Shown piece by piece: positions 19,042 through 29,147 of a stretch of 64,000 nt of DNA (position 1 is its first letter; each line of letters opens with the position of its first letter). The stretch is taken from assembly GCA_050248855.1 (NCBI GenBank), contig JBFWRP010000011.1, positions 32,001 to 96,000 on the forward strand, written 5' to 3'. The position numbers and the translations under genes were made by a program. The notes beneath the pieces were generated by a model, which worked only from the letters and a program-made list of their open reading frames with translations, did no database searches and was not told the DNA's origin. The stretch is from Planctomycetota bacterium. Lineage in GTDB: Bacteria; Planctomycetota; PLA2; JAEUHO01.

Positions 19042-20193
19042 CTACTCCCCCACTTCCACGTCCGCCGGCGACGGCACGAAGCCCTGCATCAGCAGGTCGT
19101 CGCCGATGCGCTTCCAGGTGACGTCCTCGAGGGCCAGGGCGTCCTCGGTCCGGCGGATGCCGGTGCCGGCCACGGCGAGGACGCCGCGGTCGCCGCCGAG
19201 GATGCGGGGACTCACGAAGGCGGAGACCTGGTCAGCGAGGCGCGTGCGCAGCAAGACGCCATGCACCTGCGCGCCGCCTTCGACGAGCAGGCGCTGGACG
19301 CCCTCCTCGCGCAAGCGCACGAGCGCCGCGCCGATGTCGAGGTGGTCGAAGGCCGAGGGGACACGGATCACGCGACAGCCCATCGCGACGAGGACGCGCT
19401 CTTGCGCCGCGTTGGCGTCCTCGCCGGTGATGACCCACACGGGGGCCTCGTTCGCGGTGGACACGAGACGTGACGTGGCCGGCAGACGCAGCGAGGTGTC
19501 GAAGACGACGCGGCGCGGCTGCGGGCGCCCGTCGGGTGGGCCGCCGTCGAGCCGGCAGCGCAAGTCGGGATCGTCCGACAGCACGGTGTTCACACCGACC
19601 GCGATCGCATCCGACCGGCCGCGCCACTCGTGGGTCAGGCGCTTGGCCTTGACGCCCGAGATCGCGCCGCCGGTGCCAACCTCGGCCGCGATGCGCCCAT
19701 CCAGGGACATGGCCCACTTGAGGTGGACCCAAGGCCGCCGACGGGCCAGCGCGGCGACGAAGCGATCGAGGAGGCCCTCGGCCTCGGGGGCGAAGTCGGC
19801 CACGGGCCCGACGACCTCGAGGCCGGCCTTCTCCAACGCTTCCGCGCCCGCGCCCCGCTGGTCGGGGTGCGGGTCGAGTGCGGCAAACACGACGCGCTTG
19901 ACGCCCGCCGCGATCAGGGCGTCCGTGCAAGGCGGCGTCTTGCCATGCCGCGAGCAGGGCTCGAGCGACACGTAGGCCGTGGCGCCACGCGCCGCCTCGC
20001 CGGCCTTCGCGAGGGCCACGACCTCCGCATGCGGGCCGCCGAAGGCGCCATGCCAACCCTCGCCCACGACGCCCTCGGGGCCGACGAGGACGCAGCCCAC
20101 GGGGGGATTGGGCTCGACGGCCCCGACCCCCATGCGGGCCAACGCCACGGCGCGCTCCAGGCGCGGACGGTCCTCCTCCGCGAATCCGGCCAT
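19042..20193 (-). CDS. ribD: Bifunctional riboflavin biosynthesis deaminase/reductase RibD
   Basis: PNPPVGCV, HAE, LEPCSRHGKTPPC, KWAMSLDGRIA, LLVEGG. Confidence 0.97.
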   Translation of the reverse strand: MAGFAEEDRPRLERAVALARMGVGAVEPNPPVGCVLVGPEGVVGEGWHGAFGGPHAEVVALAKAGEAARGATAYVSLEPCSRHGKTPPCTDALIAAGVKRVVFAALDPHPDQRGAGAEALEKAGLEVVGPVADFAPEAEGLLDRFVAALARRRPWVHLKWAMSLDGRIAAEVGTGGAISGVKAKRLTHEWRGRSDAIAVGVNTVLSDDPDLRCRLDGGPPDGRPQPRRVVFDTSLRLPATSRLVSTANEAPVWVITGEDANAAQERVLVAMGCRVIRVPSAFDHLDIGAALVRLREEGVQRLLVEGGAQVHGVLLRTRLADQVSAFVSPRILGGDRGVLAVAGTGIRRTEDALALEDVTWKRIGDDLLMQGFVPSPADVEVGE

Positions 20194-20260
20194 CGGTCCT
20201 CCCAGCGCGCAGGGTAGCGGCCGTCCGGCCGGGCCGGGAGAGCGTGGTAGAGGGGTAGGC

Positions 20261-21604
20261 ATGCCGGATTCGGCTCGAACGCCCCTCACGCCTCGGCGGG
20301 CCCTCCCAGGTGCCCTGTGCCTGCTCGCCGCGGCGCTCCTCGTGGCATTGCCCGCCAGGTCCGGGGCGCGCTCCCCCCTCGCGGGCCGCTTGGCAGAGGC
20401 CGCCCCGGAGGGCGAGGCCCCGCCGAAGGGCAAGGCGCTCAAGGAGCTCGTCTCCGCCTACCTCGATGCCGACGCGGCGAGGCGCCGGACGCTGCGCCGG
20501 GAGCTCGACGCCCGCCTCGCACCGCTGGAGCCCAAGGAGGCCCAGGCCCTGCGCAAGTCGCTGCTGGACCTCGCGCGAAAGCGCGGGCCCAAGCTCGAGA
20601 AGGGCGGCTCCTCGTGGTTCTACGAAGAGGGGCGCGGGCGCTACATCTCCGCGGGCAAGCCGGGCCCCGTGCTGTTCATCGGCCTGCACGGCGGGGGCGC
20701 AGGCTCGGGCGATGCGTCCTCCTCCGCCAGTGCCATGGGCGGGGGTGGCTGGTGGTGGATCCACCCGGAGGTGCTCGAGAAGACCGAGCACGGCTGGACC
20801 GACGCGGGCACGGACCGCTTCGTGCTGGACCTTGTGCAGGCGGCCAAGCGCACGGCCAAGGTGGACCCCGATCGCATCTACATCACCGGGCACAGCATGG
20901 GCGGCTACGGCAGCTGGACGCTGGGCGCGCAGCATGCCGACGTATGGGCCGGCGCCGCGCCCTTCGCGGGCGCGCCGACGGCGTACTACCGCTCCCCCAC
21001 CGACAAGACCGTCGTGGGCATCCAGGACGGCATCCTGCCGAGCTTCTACAACCTCCCGCTGCACGTCTACCAGAGCCTGGACGACGTGCAGGTCACGCCC
21101 GAGTCCAACATCTTCGCGAACCAGGCGCTGACCGAGCTGAAGGCACGCTTCCCGAAAGGCTTCGACTGGAAGTACGTGGAGGTCGACGGGCGCGGGCACG
21201 CCGCGCCGGCCGAAGGCTACCTGCCCGCGCTCGAGTGGCTCGCGAGCCACAAGCGCAACGCGCGGCCGCAGGTGGTGCACTGGCAGCCGTCGCTACCGTG
21301 GAAGCAGCACTTCTACTGGCTGTGGTGGGAGCAGCCGGAGCTCGGCGCGTGGCTCGAAGTCAGCGCGGGCGAGGACAACTCGATCGACGTGAAGACGATC
21401 CAGGGGTCGGGGGACGTCACGGGGCTTTCGCTGCTCGTCGGGGCCCCGCTCGTGGACCTGGAGCGACCGATCACGGTGCGCGTGGATGGCGAGCAACGCT
21501 TCCACGGGGTCGTGCCGCGGACGTTGAGCACGATGCTGATGACGCTGCCGCGCGAGGACGACGCCCTGCTGTTCGACGCGCGGATCGACCTGGACCCGCG
21601 GTAG
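20261..21604 (+). CDS. Secreted alpha/beta-hydrolase (esterase/peptidase-like)
   Basis: Signal-like N-terminus; LHGGG oxyanion motif, VDPDRIYITGHSMGG nucleophile elbow, candidate Asp (SLDD) and His (GRGH). Confidence 0.8.
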   Translation: MPDSARTPLTPRRALPGALCLLAAALLVALPARSGARSPLAGRLAEAAPEGEAPPKGKALKELVSAYLDADAARRRTLRRELDARLAPLEPKEAQALRKSLLDLARKRGPKLEKGGSSWFYEEGRGRYISAGKPGPVLFIGLHGGGAGSGDASSSASAMGGGGWWWIHPEVLEKTEHGWTDAGTDRFVLDLVQAAKRTAKVDPDRIYITGHSMGGYGSWTLGAQHADVWAGAAPFAGAPTAYYRSPTDKTVVGIQDGILPSFYNLPLHVYQSLDDVQVTPESNIFANQALTELKARFPKGFDWKYVEVDGRGHAAPAEGYLPALEWLASHKRNARPQVVHWQPSLPWKQHFYWLWWEQPELGAWLEVSAGEDNSIDVKTIQGSGDVTGLSLLVGAPLVDLERPITVRVDGEQRFHGVVPRTLSTMLMTLPREDDALLFDARIDLDPR

Positions 21605-21610
21605 ACCCCC

Positions 21611-21708
21611 GTACGGAGTCGGGTGAGATTCCACCTTCGGGCTGCCAAGAGCAGGCGCCGGCGGGGGAACCTTGCAGCCCGAAGGTGGAATCTCACCCGA
21701 CTCCGTAC
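21611..21708. repeat. Family C hairpin element, copy 4: perfect 35-bp inverted repeat between convergent genes
   Basis: GTACGGAGTCGGGTGAGATTCCACCTTCGGGCTGC ... GCAGCCCGAAGGTGGAATCTCACCCGACTCCGTAC; 90 bp from GGAGTC(21615) to GACTCC(21704). Confidence 0.92.
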
Positions 21709-21720
21709 TGCGGAACGCCC

Positions 21721-23118
21721 CTACACGCCCACGGCGGGTCGGAGGGACCAGGCGCCGGGCACGTCCTCGGTGGCGATGCGGCGGCCGATGAGGCTGTGGG
21801 CGTTGATGTCGGTGACCTCGACGACGGCCATCAGGCCGGCGAGGTCGGCCGTCCCGTCGCAGTGCACGAGGCGGTTGCTACGGTCGCGGCCGGTCACGCG
21901 CGTGGGGTCGGTCTTGGAGAGGCCCTCGACGAGGATCTCGAGCCGGCCGCCTTCGAGCACCGCGTTGCGCTGCTTCGAGGTCTCGTCTTGCACGCGGAGC
22001 AGCTCGACGTTGCGCGCGCGCTTGACGGCCTCGGGGACGTCGTCGGGGAGCTGGCGCGCGGCATGCGTCCGGGGGCGCAGGCTGTACTTGAACACGTAGG
22101 CCTGCAGGAAGCCGATCTCGCGCACCAAGTCGCACGTGGCCTCGAACTCGGCGTCGCTCTCGCCCGAGAAGCCCACGATGAAGTCGCTCGTGATCTCCAC
22201 GCCCGGGACATGGCGCCGCGCCCAGCCGACGACCTCGCGGTACTGGTCCACCGTGTAGGTGCGCTTCATGCGCTTGAGGACATCGTCGCTGCCGGACTGG
22301 GCCGGGATGTGCAGCCAGGGCATGACCTTCGGGATCTCCCCGAAGCGGCGCATCATGTCCTCGCTCATGTCGAACGGGTTGCTCGTGAGGAAGCGCAGCC
22401 GGTCGAGCCCGTCGATCGTGCTGGCCTGGGCCAACAGCTCCGGCAGGAGGGGCTCGCCCAGGTCGCAGCCGTAGGTGTTGATGTTCTGGCCCAGGAACGT
22501 GACCTCGCGCACGCCGTCGTCGACGAGCGCCTGCACCTCGCCGAGCACGTCCTGTACGGTCCTGGACACCTCGCGCCCGCGGGTGAACGGCACGATGCAA
22601 TAGCTGCAGGCGTGGTTGCAGCCGCGGACGATGTTGACGTAGGCGCGGAAGCGATCCGGCCGCACGGTGACGTTGCGGTCCGCGTCGGGCAGGAACTGCG
22701 GGTCGGGCCGCAGCGTGGTGCGCACCACGGTGCCGCCGCCGGCGAACAGGTCGTCCAGGTCCTGCACGGCGTTGCGGAACGTCGTGGTCCCCAGGACCAG
22801 GTCGACGTGGGGGGCGCGGTCCACGATCGCGTCCTTCACGCGCTGGGCCATGCAGCCCATGACGGCCACCTTCAGCCCGGGACGCTCGCGCTTGAGCTGG
22901 CGCGCGCGGCCGAGCAGGCTCCAGACCTTGTCCTCGGCGTGCTCGCGGATGGAGCACGTGTTGACGAGCACGATGTCGGCCTCGTCCATGCGGTCGACGC
23001 GCGCCCAGCCGCGACGGGCCATGTCGCCGAGCACGAGCTCGGCGTCGAGCTCGTTCATCTGGCAGCCATACGTCTGGTACCAGACGCTGCGCGCGGGGGG
23101 GGCGACGGGCGCATCCAT
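21721..23118 (-). CDS. miaB: tRNA-2-methylthio-N6-dimethylallyladenosine synthase MiaB
   Basis: TYGCQMN, NTCSIREHAE, GCMAQ, radical-SAM CNHACSYC, GQNIN, C-terminal TRAM domain. Confidence 0.96.
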   Translation of the reverse strand: MDAPVAPPARSVWYQTYGCQMNELDAELVLGDMARRGWARVDRMDEADIVLVNTCSIREHAEDKVWSLLGRARQLKRERPGLKVAVMGCMAQRVKDAIVDRAPHVDLVLGTTTFRNAVQDLDDLFAGGGTVVRTTLRPDPQFLPDADRNVTVRPDRFRAYVNIVRGCNHACSYCIVPFTRGREVSRTVQDVLGEVQALVDDGVREVTFLGQNINTYGCDLGEPLLPELLAQASTIDGLDRLRFLTSNPFDMSEDMMRRFGEIPKVMPWLHIPAQSGSDDVLKRMKRTYTVDQYREVVGWARRHVPGVEITSDFIVGFSGESDAEFEATCDLVREIGFLQAYVFKYSLRPRTHAARQLPDDVPEAVKRARNVELLRVQDETSKQRNAVLEGGRLEILVEGLSKTDPTRVTGRDRSNRLVHCDGTADLAGLMAVVEVTDINAHSLIGRRIATEDVPGAWSLRPAVGV

Positions 23119-23123
23119 GGCGG

Positions 23124-24056
23124 TCAGGCTACCTCGCTCCTGGCGGCGAGGAGCTCGCGCAGGGCGGTCACGTCGTCCACGGCGCGGCGCTCGTCGGCCA
23201 TCAGCGTGCGGCCCTGGCGGAGTGTCGTGGCTGCCTGCTCGGCCTGGGCCAGCGCCTGCCGCGCGGGCACGCCGAACCCGGAGGCATCGAAGCTGCGGGC
23301 GGCCTCCACGTAGCCGCGGATCACGCCGCCGCGCGGGTACATGCGCTCGTAGAGGGCCTCGCGGCCGCGACCCCAGGCGCGGTGGGAGAGCGAGTCGCCG
23401 AAGAGCCACGCGGAACGGATCACGATCCGCTCGTGGCTCCAGGTCGGGAGCAGCTCTTCCAGGCGGCGCATGGCCAGCCCGAAGAAGCGACGCACGCGGC
23501 GCAAGCGCTCGGGGTAGTAGCCGCTGACCTCCTCGAACAGCCGCTGGTAGCGGCGCGGGTCGTGACGGCGGACGAAGCGGCCGACGGAGCGGTGCTCGCG
23601 GCTGAGGATGCTGACCTCGTGGAAGATGTGGCCGCAGTAGGCGTCCATCAGCCCCGCGTCGCCTTCCTCGCCGAACACGGCCAGCGCCATGCGGCGCAGC
23701 GGCTGGAGGCGCGCGTCGCGCAGGTGCTCCAGCCGGGGGAGGTGGAACAGCGCGAACAGGTCACGCGGCGGGAGCTTCAGCTGGTCGCGGGTGACGCCGC
23801 GGCGGCTGGCCGCGGCAATGACGCGCTGGTCGTACAGGGCGTGGATGCCCTGGAACAGGCGGCGCGAGGCCACGAAGGTCTCGACGAAGTCCCAGAGCAG
23901 GGCGCCGCGGTCCAGCGCCGCCCGGGGTCCCCGGCTGGCGACGATCCCGGAAGCCGCCGACATGGGCGCCCCTGCGTCCGACGGCACGGACGCATGCGGC
24001 GGCAGCGACTGCGCTCCGTCGGGCGGAGCACCAGCGCCGGCCGCCGTGTCGGTCAC
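23124..24056 (-). CDS. Hypothetical alpha-helical protein between rplQ and miaB
   Basis: 310-aa ORF with a GTGA overlap on the rplQ stop and a 5-nt gap to miaB; globular composition (DAYCGHIFHEVSILSREH). Confidence 0.7.
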   Translation of the reverse strand: MTDTAAGAGAPPDGAQSLPPHASVPSDAGAPMSAASGIVASRGPRAALDRGALLWDFVETFVASRRLFQGIHALYDQRVIAAASRRGVTRDQLKLPPRDLFALFHLPRLEHLRDARLQPLRRMALAVFGEEGDAGLMDAYCGHIFHEVSILSREHRSVGRFVRRHDPRRYQRLFEEVSGYYPERLRRVRRFFGLAMRRLEELLPTWSHERIVIRSAWLFGDSLSHRAWGRGREALYERMYPRGGVIRGYVEAARSFDASGFGVPARQALAQAEQAATTLRQGRTLMADERRAVDDVTALRELLAARSEVA

Positions 24057-24478
24057 TCGACCGCCACGGGCTCGCCGGAGGGCGCCTCGGGCCGGTCCAC
24101 GAACTCCCAGATCACACGCGGCGCGTTGTCGCCCAGCTGGTTGCGGGCATCTCGCACGATGCGGGTGTAACCGCCGGGGCGGTCCTTGACCGTGGGGGCG
24201 ATCGTCTCGACGAGGAACTTGAGCAGGGCGCGATCCGGGACGTCCCGGCGCAGCAGCCGCAGCTGGTGGATGTAGGCGGGACGGTCGCTGTCCTTGAGCT
24301 CGTAGGCGCGGCGGGCGCGGGTCACGAGCTTTTCGACGAACGGACGCACGGCCTTGGCCTTGGCTTGGGTCGTGATGATGCGGCTGTGCGTGAAGATGCC
24401 CCGCGCCAAGTTGCGGCGCATGGCCTCGCGGTGCTGCGTATCGGCGGCCAAACGCCGCCCGGCGACGCGGTGACGCAT
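24053..24478 (-). CDS. rplQ: 50S ribosomal protein L17
   Basis: MRHRVAGRRL...HREAMRRNL...RIITTQAKAK...DRPGGYTRI. Confidence 0.97.
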   Translation of the reverse strand: MRHRVAGRRLAADTQHREAMRRNLARGIFTHSRIITTQAKAKAVRPFVEKLVTRARRAYELKDSDRPAYIHQLRLLRRDVPDRALLKFLVETIAPTVKDRPGGYTRIVRDARNQLGDNAPRVIWEFVDRPEAPSGEPVAVE

Positions 24479-24479
24479 G

Positions 24480-25559
24480 TCAGTTACCTCCGCGGATCTC
24501 GTCCACGTCCATGCCGAGACGCAGGCCCATCTCTTCCAGCTTGCGCGTGATCTCGCGCAACGACGTGCGCCCGAAGTTGGGCAGGTTCATGAGCTCGTCG
24601 TGCGAGCGGGAAACCACTTCGCCGATCGTCTGGATGCCCTCGGACTCCAGGCAGTTGCTGGCGCGCACCGACAGGTCCAGCGCCGCGATCGGCAGCTCGA
24701 TCTTGCGCCGGAGATCGGCGTAGTCGTCTTCGCCGCTGGACGCGGCGGCTGCCGCCTGGCCGCCTGCCGAGGGGGCCGGGCTCGGGGTGGTCGGGAGCAC
24801 CGGGATCGTGGGCAGGATCACGTCGGCGCTGCGCTCCCCCATCAGCTCCTTCCCCACGTCGAAGAGCTGGATGAAGGGGTTCAAGTGCTTGCGGTAGATC
24901 TTGCTGGCCTCGACGAGGGCCTGCTCGGGCGTGACGGTGCCGTCCGTCCACAGCTCGAGGATGAGGCGATCGTAGTTGGTCAGCTTGCCGACGCGCGTGC
25001 TCTCGGTGCGGTAGCGCACGCGCTGCACGGGCGAGAAGATGCTGTCGATCGGGATGACGCCGATCTCCTGCTCCTCGCGGGCGTTCTCCTCGGCCGGGAC
25101 GTAGCCGCGGCCCTTGCGGACCTCGATCTCGGCGTCGAAGACCTGCTCCGAGGTGAGCGTGCAGATCAGCAGGTCCTTGTTGACGACCTCGCAGTCCGAG
25201 GTGGTCTGGATGTCCGCGCCGGTGACGGGGCCGGGGCCCTTCTTCTCGATGCGCAGCACCTTGGGGTCGTCGTTGTGGAAGCGCACGCGAAGGCGCTTGA
25301 ACGCCAGGACCATGTCCGTGACGTCTTCCTTGATCCCGTCGATGGACGAGAACTCGTGCTTGACGCCGGCGATCTTGATCGACGTGACGGCGCTGCCCTC
25401 GATGGAGGACAGGAGCACACGACGCAGGCCGTTGCCGACCGTGACGCCGTAGCCGCGCTCGAAGGGCTCGGCGGTGAAGCGGGCGTAGGAATCCGTGCGG
25501 GTGGCCGAGTCGGCGACCACCTTCGTCGGGAGCTCCAGGTTGCGCCAGCGAATCCGCAT
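24480..25559 (-). CDS. rpoA: RNA polymerase alpha subunit
   Basis: EPFERGYGVTVGNGLRRVLLSSIEG, HEFSSIDG, GRGYVPAE, LSVRASNCL, NFGRTSL. Confidence 0.98.
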   Translation of the reverse strand: MRIRWRNLELPTKVVADSATRTDSYARFTAEPFERGYGVTVGNGLRRVLLSSIEGSAVTSIKIAGVKHEFSSIDGIKEDVTDMVLAFKRLRVRFHNDDPKVLRIEKKGPGPVTGADIQTTSDCEVVNKDLLICTLTSEQVFDAEIEVRKGRGYVPAEENAREEQEIGVIPIDSIFSPVQRVRYRTESTRVGKLTNYDRLILELWTDGTVTPEQALVEASKIYRKHLNPFIQLFDVGKELMGERSADVILPTIPVLPTTPSPAPSAGGQAAAAASSGEDDYADLRRKIELPIAALDLSVRASNCLESEGIQTIGEVVSRSHDELMNLPNFGRTSLREITRKLEEMGLRLGMDVDEIRGGN

Positions 25560-25869
25560 GTTCGTGTCTCCTCGCCCTGTTGGCACGCTGCCTTGCTTGC
25601 CACGCTGCCCTTCTTGACACCGTGTGCGGGCTGCCCCGCGTGTCGATCGCCCGAAGGCGTCGCGTCACCTTTGCGAGTCCCCGGTCAAGCGATCCGCGTC
25701 CGGATCGACTCGAAGCACGTGGAACGCGCTGGCAGGACGCGACCTGCCATCCCCTCGATCTCGGCCCGAGGGCCGCCTCCTCGCCCGGAAGGTCAACGGG
25801 CCCCGTTCGGGGCCCCGAGGCGACGGCAACCGGCGGGCGAGCGCCGGTTGCAGGCCCCGATCCAAGCCG

Positions 25870-26244
25870 TCAGACGCGGCGACGCTTGCGCGGACGGCAG
25901 CCGTTGTGCGGCAACGGCGTGACGTCCTCGATCGCGCGGATCTTGAGGCCTCGCGCCTGGAGGCTGCGCACGGCGGACTCGCGCCCGGCGCCCGGCCCCT
26001 TGAGCTGGACCTCCACTTCGCGCACACCCATCTTCACGGCCTTCTCCGCCGCACGCTCGGCTGCCTTCTGGGCAGCGAAGGGCGTGCTCTTGCGGGAGCC
26101 CTTGAAGCCGATCGTGCCGGCGGAGTCCCAGCAGATCGTCTCGCCGTTCGGCGCCGCGAACGTGACGATCGTGTTGTTGAAGGATGCGTGCACGTGCACG
26201 ACCGCCTTCGGGACGTTCTTGCGAACCTTCTTCTTGCCCGCCAT
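25870..26244 (-). CDS. rpsK: 30S ribosomal protein S11
   Basis: [45 protein letters not shown]. Confidence 0.99.
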   Translation of the reverse strand: MAGKKKVRKNVPKAVVHVHASFNNTIVTFAAPNGETICWDSAGTIGFKGSRKSTPFAAQKAAERAAEKAVKMGVREVEVQLKGPGAGRESAVRSLQARGLKIRAIEDVTPLPHNGCRPRKRRRV

Positions 26245-26355
26245 GCGTGCTCCCGGAGAGGCGACGCCTCGGCCTTGCCGACGGCGCCGCCACGGACTGG
26301 TGGCCTCGAGGACGGCCCCGCGGCGGCGAAAGCCGGGCGCGAGGACGAATCACCG

Positions 26356-26383
26356 AAGGTAGCCCGGGGAGGCCCCCCTGCAA
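26356..26383 (-). promoter_or_regulatory. Candidate internal sigma70-type promoter upstream of rpsK (TTGCAG-16-TACCTT)
   Basis: Lies in the 190-bp rpsM-rpsK gap, just after the hairpin CAACCCCTTT/AAAGGGGTTG. Confidence 0.45.
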
Positions 26384-26435
26384 CCTTCGGACCGGGTGAC
26401 ACAACCCCTTTTCAGGAAAGGGGTTGCAGTCAACC

Positions 26436-26819
26436 CTAGCGCATCGCCTTGACGCTCTTCTTGCCGGCCACCGTCTTCTTGCGGCCCTTGCGCGTGCGGG
26501 CGTTCGTCTGGGTCCTCTGACCCCGGACGGGCAGGCCGCGGCGGTGGCGCATGCCGCGGTAGCAGGCGATCTCCTTCAGGCGGGAGATGTTCTGCTGGAC
26601 CTGCCGACGAAGGTTGCCCTCGACGACCATCTCGCTCTCGACGGTGGCCGCGATGCGGGACAGCTCCTCGTCGGTCAGCTCGCGGGCGCGGCGGCGCGGG
26701 TCCAAGCCCAGCTTCTCGCAGAGACGCAGGGCCGTGACCTTGCCGATCCCGTGCACGTACTGCAACGAGACGAAGGTGGGCTTGTCGTCGGGGATGTCGA
26801 CACCGATCAGACGCGGCAT
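26436..26819 (-). CDS. rpsM: 30S ribosomal protein S13
   Basis: MPRLIGVDIP, HGIGK, CYRGMRHRRGLPVRGQRTQTNARTRKG. Confidence 0.98.
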   Translation of the reverse strand: MPRLIGVDIPDDKPTFVSLQYVHGIGKVTALRLCEKLGLDPRRRARELTDEELSRIAATVESEMVVEGNLRRQVQQNISRLKEIACYRGMRHRRGLPVRGQRTQTNARTRKGRKKTVAGKKSVKAMR

Positions 26820-26829
26820 GACCTCTCTC

Positions 26830-26943
26830 CTACCCCTGCACCTGCTTGTGGCGCGGGTTCTTGCAGATGACACGGATTCGTCCATGGCGCCGGATGATCC
26901 GGCACTGTTCGCAAATCCGACGGACGCTGGAGCGGACCTTCAT
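26830..26943 (-). CDS. rpmJ: 50S ribosomal protein L36 (Zn-binding form; not in the ORF track)
   Basis: Translated by hand: [37 protein letters not shown]. Confidence 0.97.
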   Translation of the reverse strand: MKVRSSVRRICEQCRIIRRHGRIRVICKNPRHKQVQG

Positions 26944-26965
26944 GGTCATGCCTCCTGGATACGGG

Positions 26966-27181
26966 CTAGTCCCGGTAGACGATGCGCGCCTTCGTGAGAT
27001 CGTAGGGGCTCATCTCGACCGTGACCTTGTCCCCCGGAAGGATGCGGATCCAGTGGAGTCGCATCTTTCCGGAGATGTGGGCCAACACCTGGTGCCCGTT
27101 CTCGAGCTCCACGACGAACGTGGCGTTCGGGCGGGCTTCCACCACCTTGGCTTCCAGGCGCAGGTTGTCTTCGCGGGCCAT
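26966..27181 (-). CDS. infA: Translation initiation factor IF-1
   Basis: [55 protein letters not shown]. Confidence 0.98.
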   Translation of the reverse strand: MAREDNLRLEAKVVEARPNATFVVELENGHQVLAHISGKMRLHWIRILPGDKVTVEMSPYDLTKARIVYRD

Positions 27182-27798
27182 CAGGCATCCCGTCCGGGCG
27201 TGCCGGCCGCGCAGGTATCGAGGGCCTCGCGGATACGGGCCTCGACTTCGTCGAGGCTGCCGTCGGCGCGCACCGTGCGCAGGAGGCCCTTGGCTTCGTA
27301 GTGGGCAATGAGGGGGGCGGTCTCCTCGCGGTAGACCTTCAAGCGATTGCGGATGACGTTCTCCTTGTCGTCCTTGCGACCGCGCCCCAGCAGGCGGCGC
27401 ACGATCTCGTCGTCGTCCAGACGCATGTGGACGACGCACTGGATCCCAGGGTTCCGAACGCCCGGCTTCCCCCCCGGGCCCGCCCCGTCCAGGGCCGTCA
27501 GCACCTGGTCAAGGGCCTCGGCCTGGCTGGCGTTGCGCGGGAACCCGTCCAGCAGGAACCCGCCCGGGGCGCCGGGGGCCGTCAGGCGCTCCCGCACGAG
27601 AGCCAAGACCAGCGAGTCCGGAACGAGCTCGCCGCGGTCCATGTAGCCCTGGGCTTCCTTGCCCAGATCCGTCCCGGCAGCGACCGCGGCGCGGAGGAGG
27701 TCCCCCGTGCTCACGTGGGCCCAGCCGCGGGTGGCGCAGATGCGCTCCGCCTGGGTTCCCTTGCCCGCGCCGGGCGGTCCGAGCAGCACGACCCGCAC
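27181..27798 (-). CDS. adk: Adenylate kinase (short, LID-less type)
   Basis: [36 protein letters not shown]. Confidence 0.97.
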   Translation of the reverse strand: MRVVLLGPPGAGKGTQAERICATRGWAHVSTGDLLRAAVAAGTDLGKEAQGYMDRGELVPDSLVLALVRERLTAPGAPGGFLLDGFPRNASQAEALDQVLTALDGAGPGGKPGVRNPGIQCVVHMRLDDDEIVRRLLGRGRKDDKENVIRNRLKVYREETAPLIAHYEAKGLLRTVRADGSLDEVEARIREALDTCAAGTPGRDA

Positions 27799-27801
27799 GA
27801 T

Positions 27802-29133
27802 CTAGCGCTCCCTCTTCGCAGCGCGGCGCCGAGCGGCCCCGTCGCCGCCCTCGATGAAGCCGCCGTAGTCGCGCATGAGGAGCGCGCTGTTCAGCTTGTC
27901 CACCAGGTCCAGCGCCACGCTCACCACGATCAGGATCGACGTTCCGCCGAGGAAGTATGCGACCTCCACGGGGATGTCCTTCGAGATGAGGCCCGCCACC
28001 TGGTGCGGGACGCTGGCGATGATCGCCAGGAACGCCGCGCCGGCGAGGGTGATGCGGCTCATCACCTTCTCGAGGAACTCGGCCGTCTTCTTGCCGGGGC
28101 GAATGCCGGGGATGAAGGAGCCGTGCTCCTTCATGTTCTTCGACATCTCGGCCGGGTTGAACATCAGGCTGTTCCAGAAGAACGAGAAGAAGAAGATCAG
28201 CGCGATGTCGAGGACCGTGTACGTCCACGTGCCTTGGCTGAAGGCGTCGCGCAGGATCGTCCAGCCGATGGCCGAGCCGATCAGGCTGGGGAACGACAGC
28301 AACGCCGAGGAGAAGATCACGGGCATGACGCCGGCTTGGTTGACCTTGATCGGCAGGAAGTGGCGCTGGCCACCGTAGACCTTCCGACCGCGGGTCAGCT
28401 TGGCGTACTGGACCGGGATCTTGCGCATGCCCTTGGTGATGTAGACCACCGCGACGACCACGGCGATGAACAGGATGAAGAGCACGAACGGCAGGAGCCC
28501 GCCCTCGGTGTTGCCGATCATCTGCACGATCGCGTCCGGGACGCGGGCGATGATGCCGGCCATGATCAAGAGCGAGATGCCGTTGCCGACGCCGTACTCG
28601 GTGATCTGCTCGCCGATCCACATCAGCAGGATCGTGCCGGCGGTCAGCGCCAGCACGGCGAGGATCGCCAGGCCGAAGCCGTCCGGCAACAGGGGCAGCC
28701 GGGCCGGTGTGTCGCTGCTCTTGTAGACGTTGGCGACCAGGATGATCGCCTGCACCAAGGCCAGGGGCACCGTGGCCAAGCGCGTCCACCGGTTGATCTT
28801 GCGCTGCCCCGCGCTGCCTTCCTTGGCCACCGCCTCGAGACTGGGCACGACCTTGGTCAGCAGGCTGAAGATGATGCTGGCGCTGATGTACGGCATGATG
28901 CCGAGGCTGAACAGCGCGCAGCTGAAGATGCCGCCGCCGGAGATGATGCCGAAGAGCTGCGCGAAGTCGCTGCCCTCGCCCCCACCGCCGCCGAGGCTCT
29001 TGAGCACGTCGAGGTCGATACCGGGAATGGGGATGTTCCACCCCACGCGGTAGACGAGCAGGAACCCGAGCGTCACCAGGATGCGACGCCGGATGTCCGG
29101 GATCCGGAAGAGGTTCGCGACGTTCTGGAACAC
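27802..29133 (-). CDS. secY: Preprotein translocase subunit SecY
   Basis: LFSLGIMPYISASII, WIGEQITEYGVGNGISLLI, KVNQAGVMPVIF, FIPGIRPGKKT, GGTSILIVV. Confidence 0.99.
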   Translation of the reverse strand: MFQNVANLFRIPDIRRRILVTLGFLLVYRVGWNIPIPGIDLDVLKSLGGGGGEGSDFAQLFGIISGGGIFSCALFSLGIMPYISASIIFSLLTKVVPSLEAVAKEGSAGQRKINRWTRLATVPLALVQAIILVANVYKSSDTPARLPLLPDGFGLAILAVLALTAGTILLMWIGEQITEYGVGNGISLLIMAGIIARVPDAIVQMIGNTEGGLLPFVLFILFIAVVVAVVYITKGMRKIPVQYAKLTRGRKVYGGQRHFLPIKVNQAGVMPVIFSSALLSFPSLIGSAIGWTILRDAFSQGTWTYTVLDIALIFFFSFFWNSLMFNPAEMSKNMKEHGSFIPGIRPGKKTAEFLEKVMSRITLAGAAFLAIIASVPHQVAGLISKDIPVEVAYFLGGTSILIVVSVALDLVDKLNSALLMRDYGGFIEGGDGAARRRAAKRER

Positions 29134-29147
29134 GTGCGGCTCCCCGC

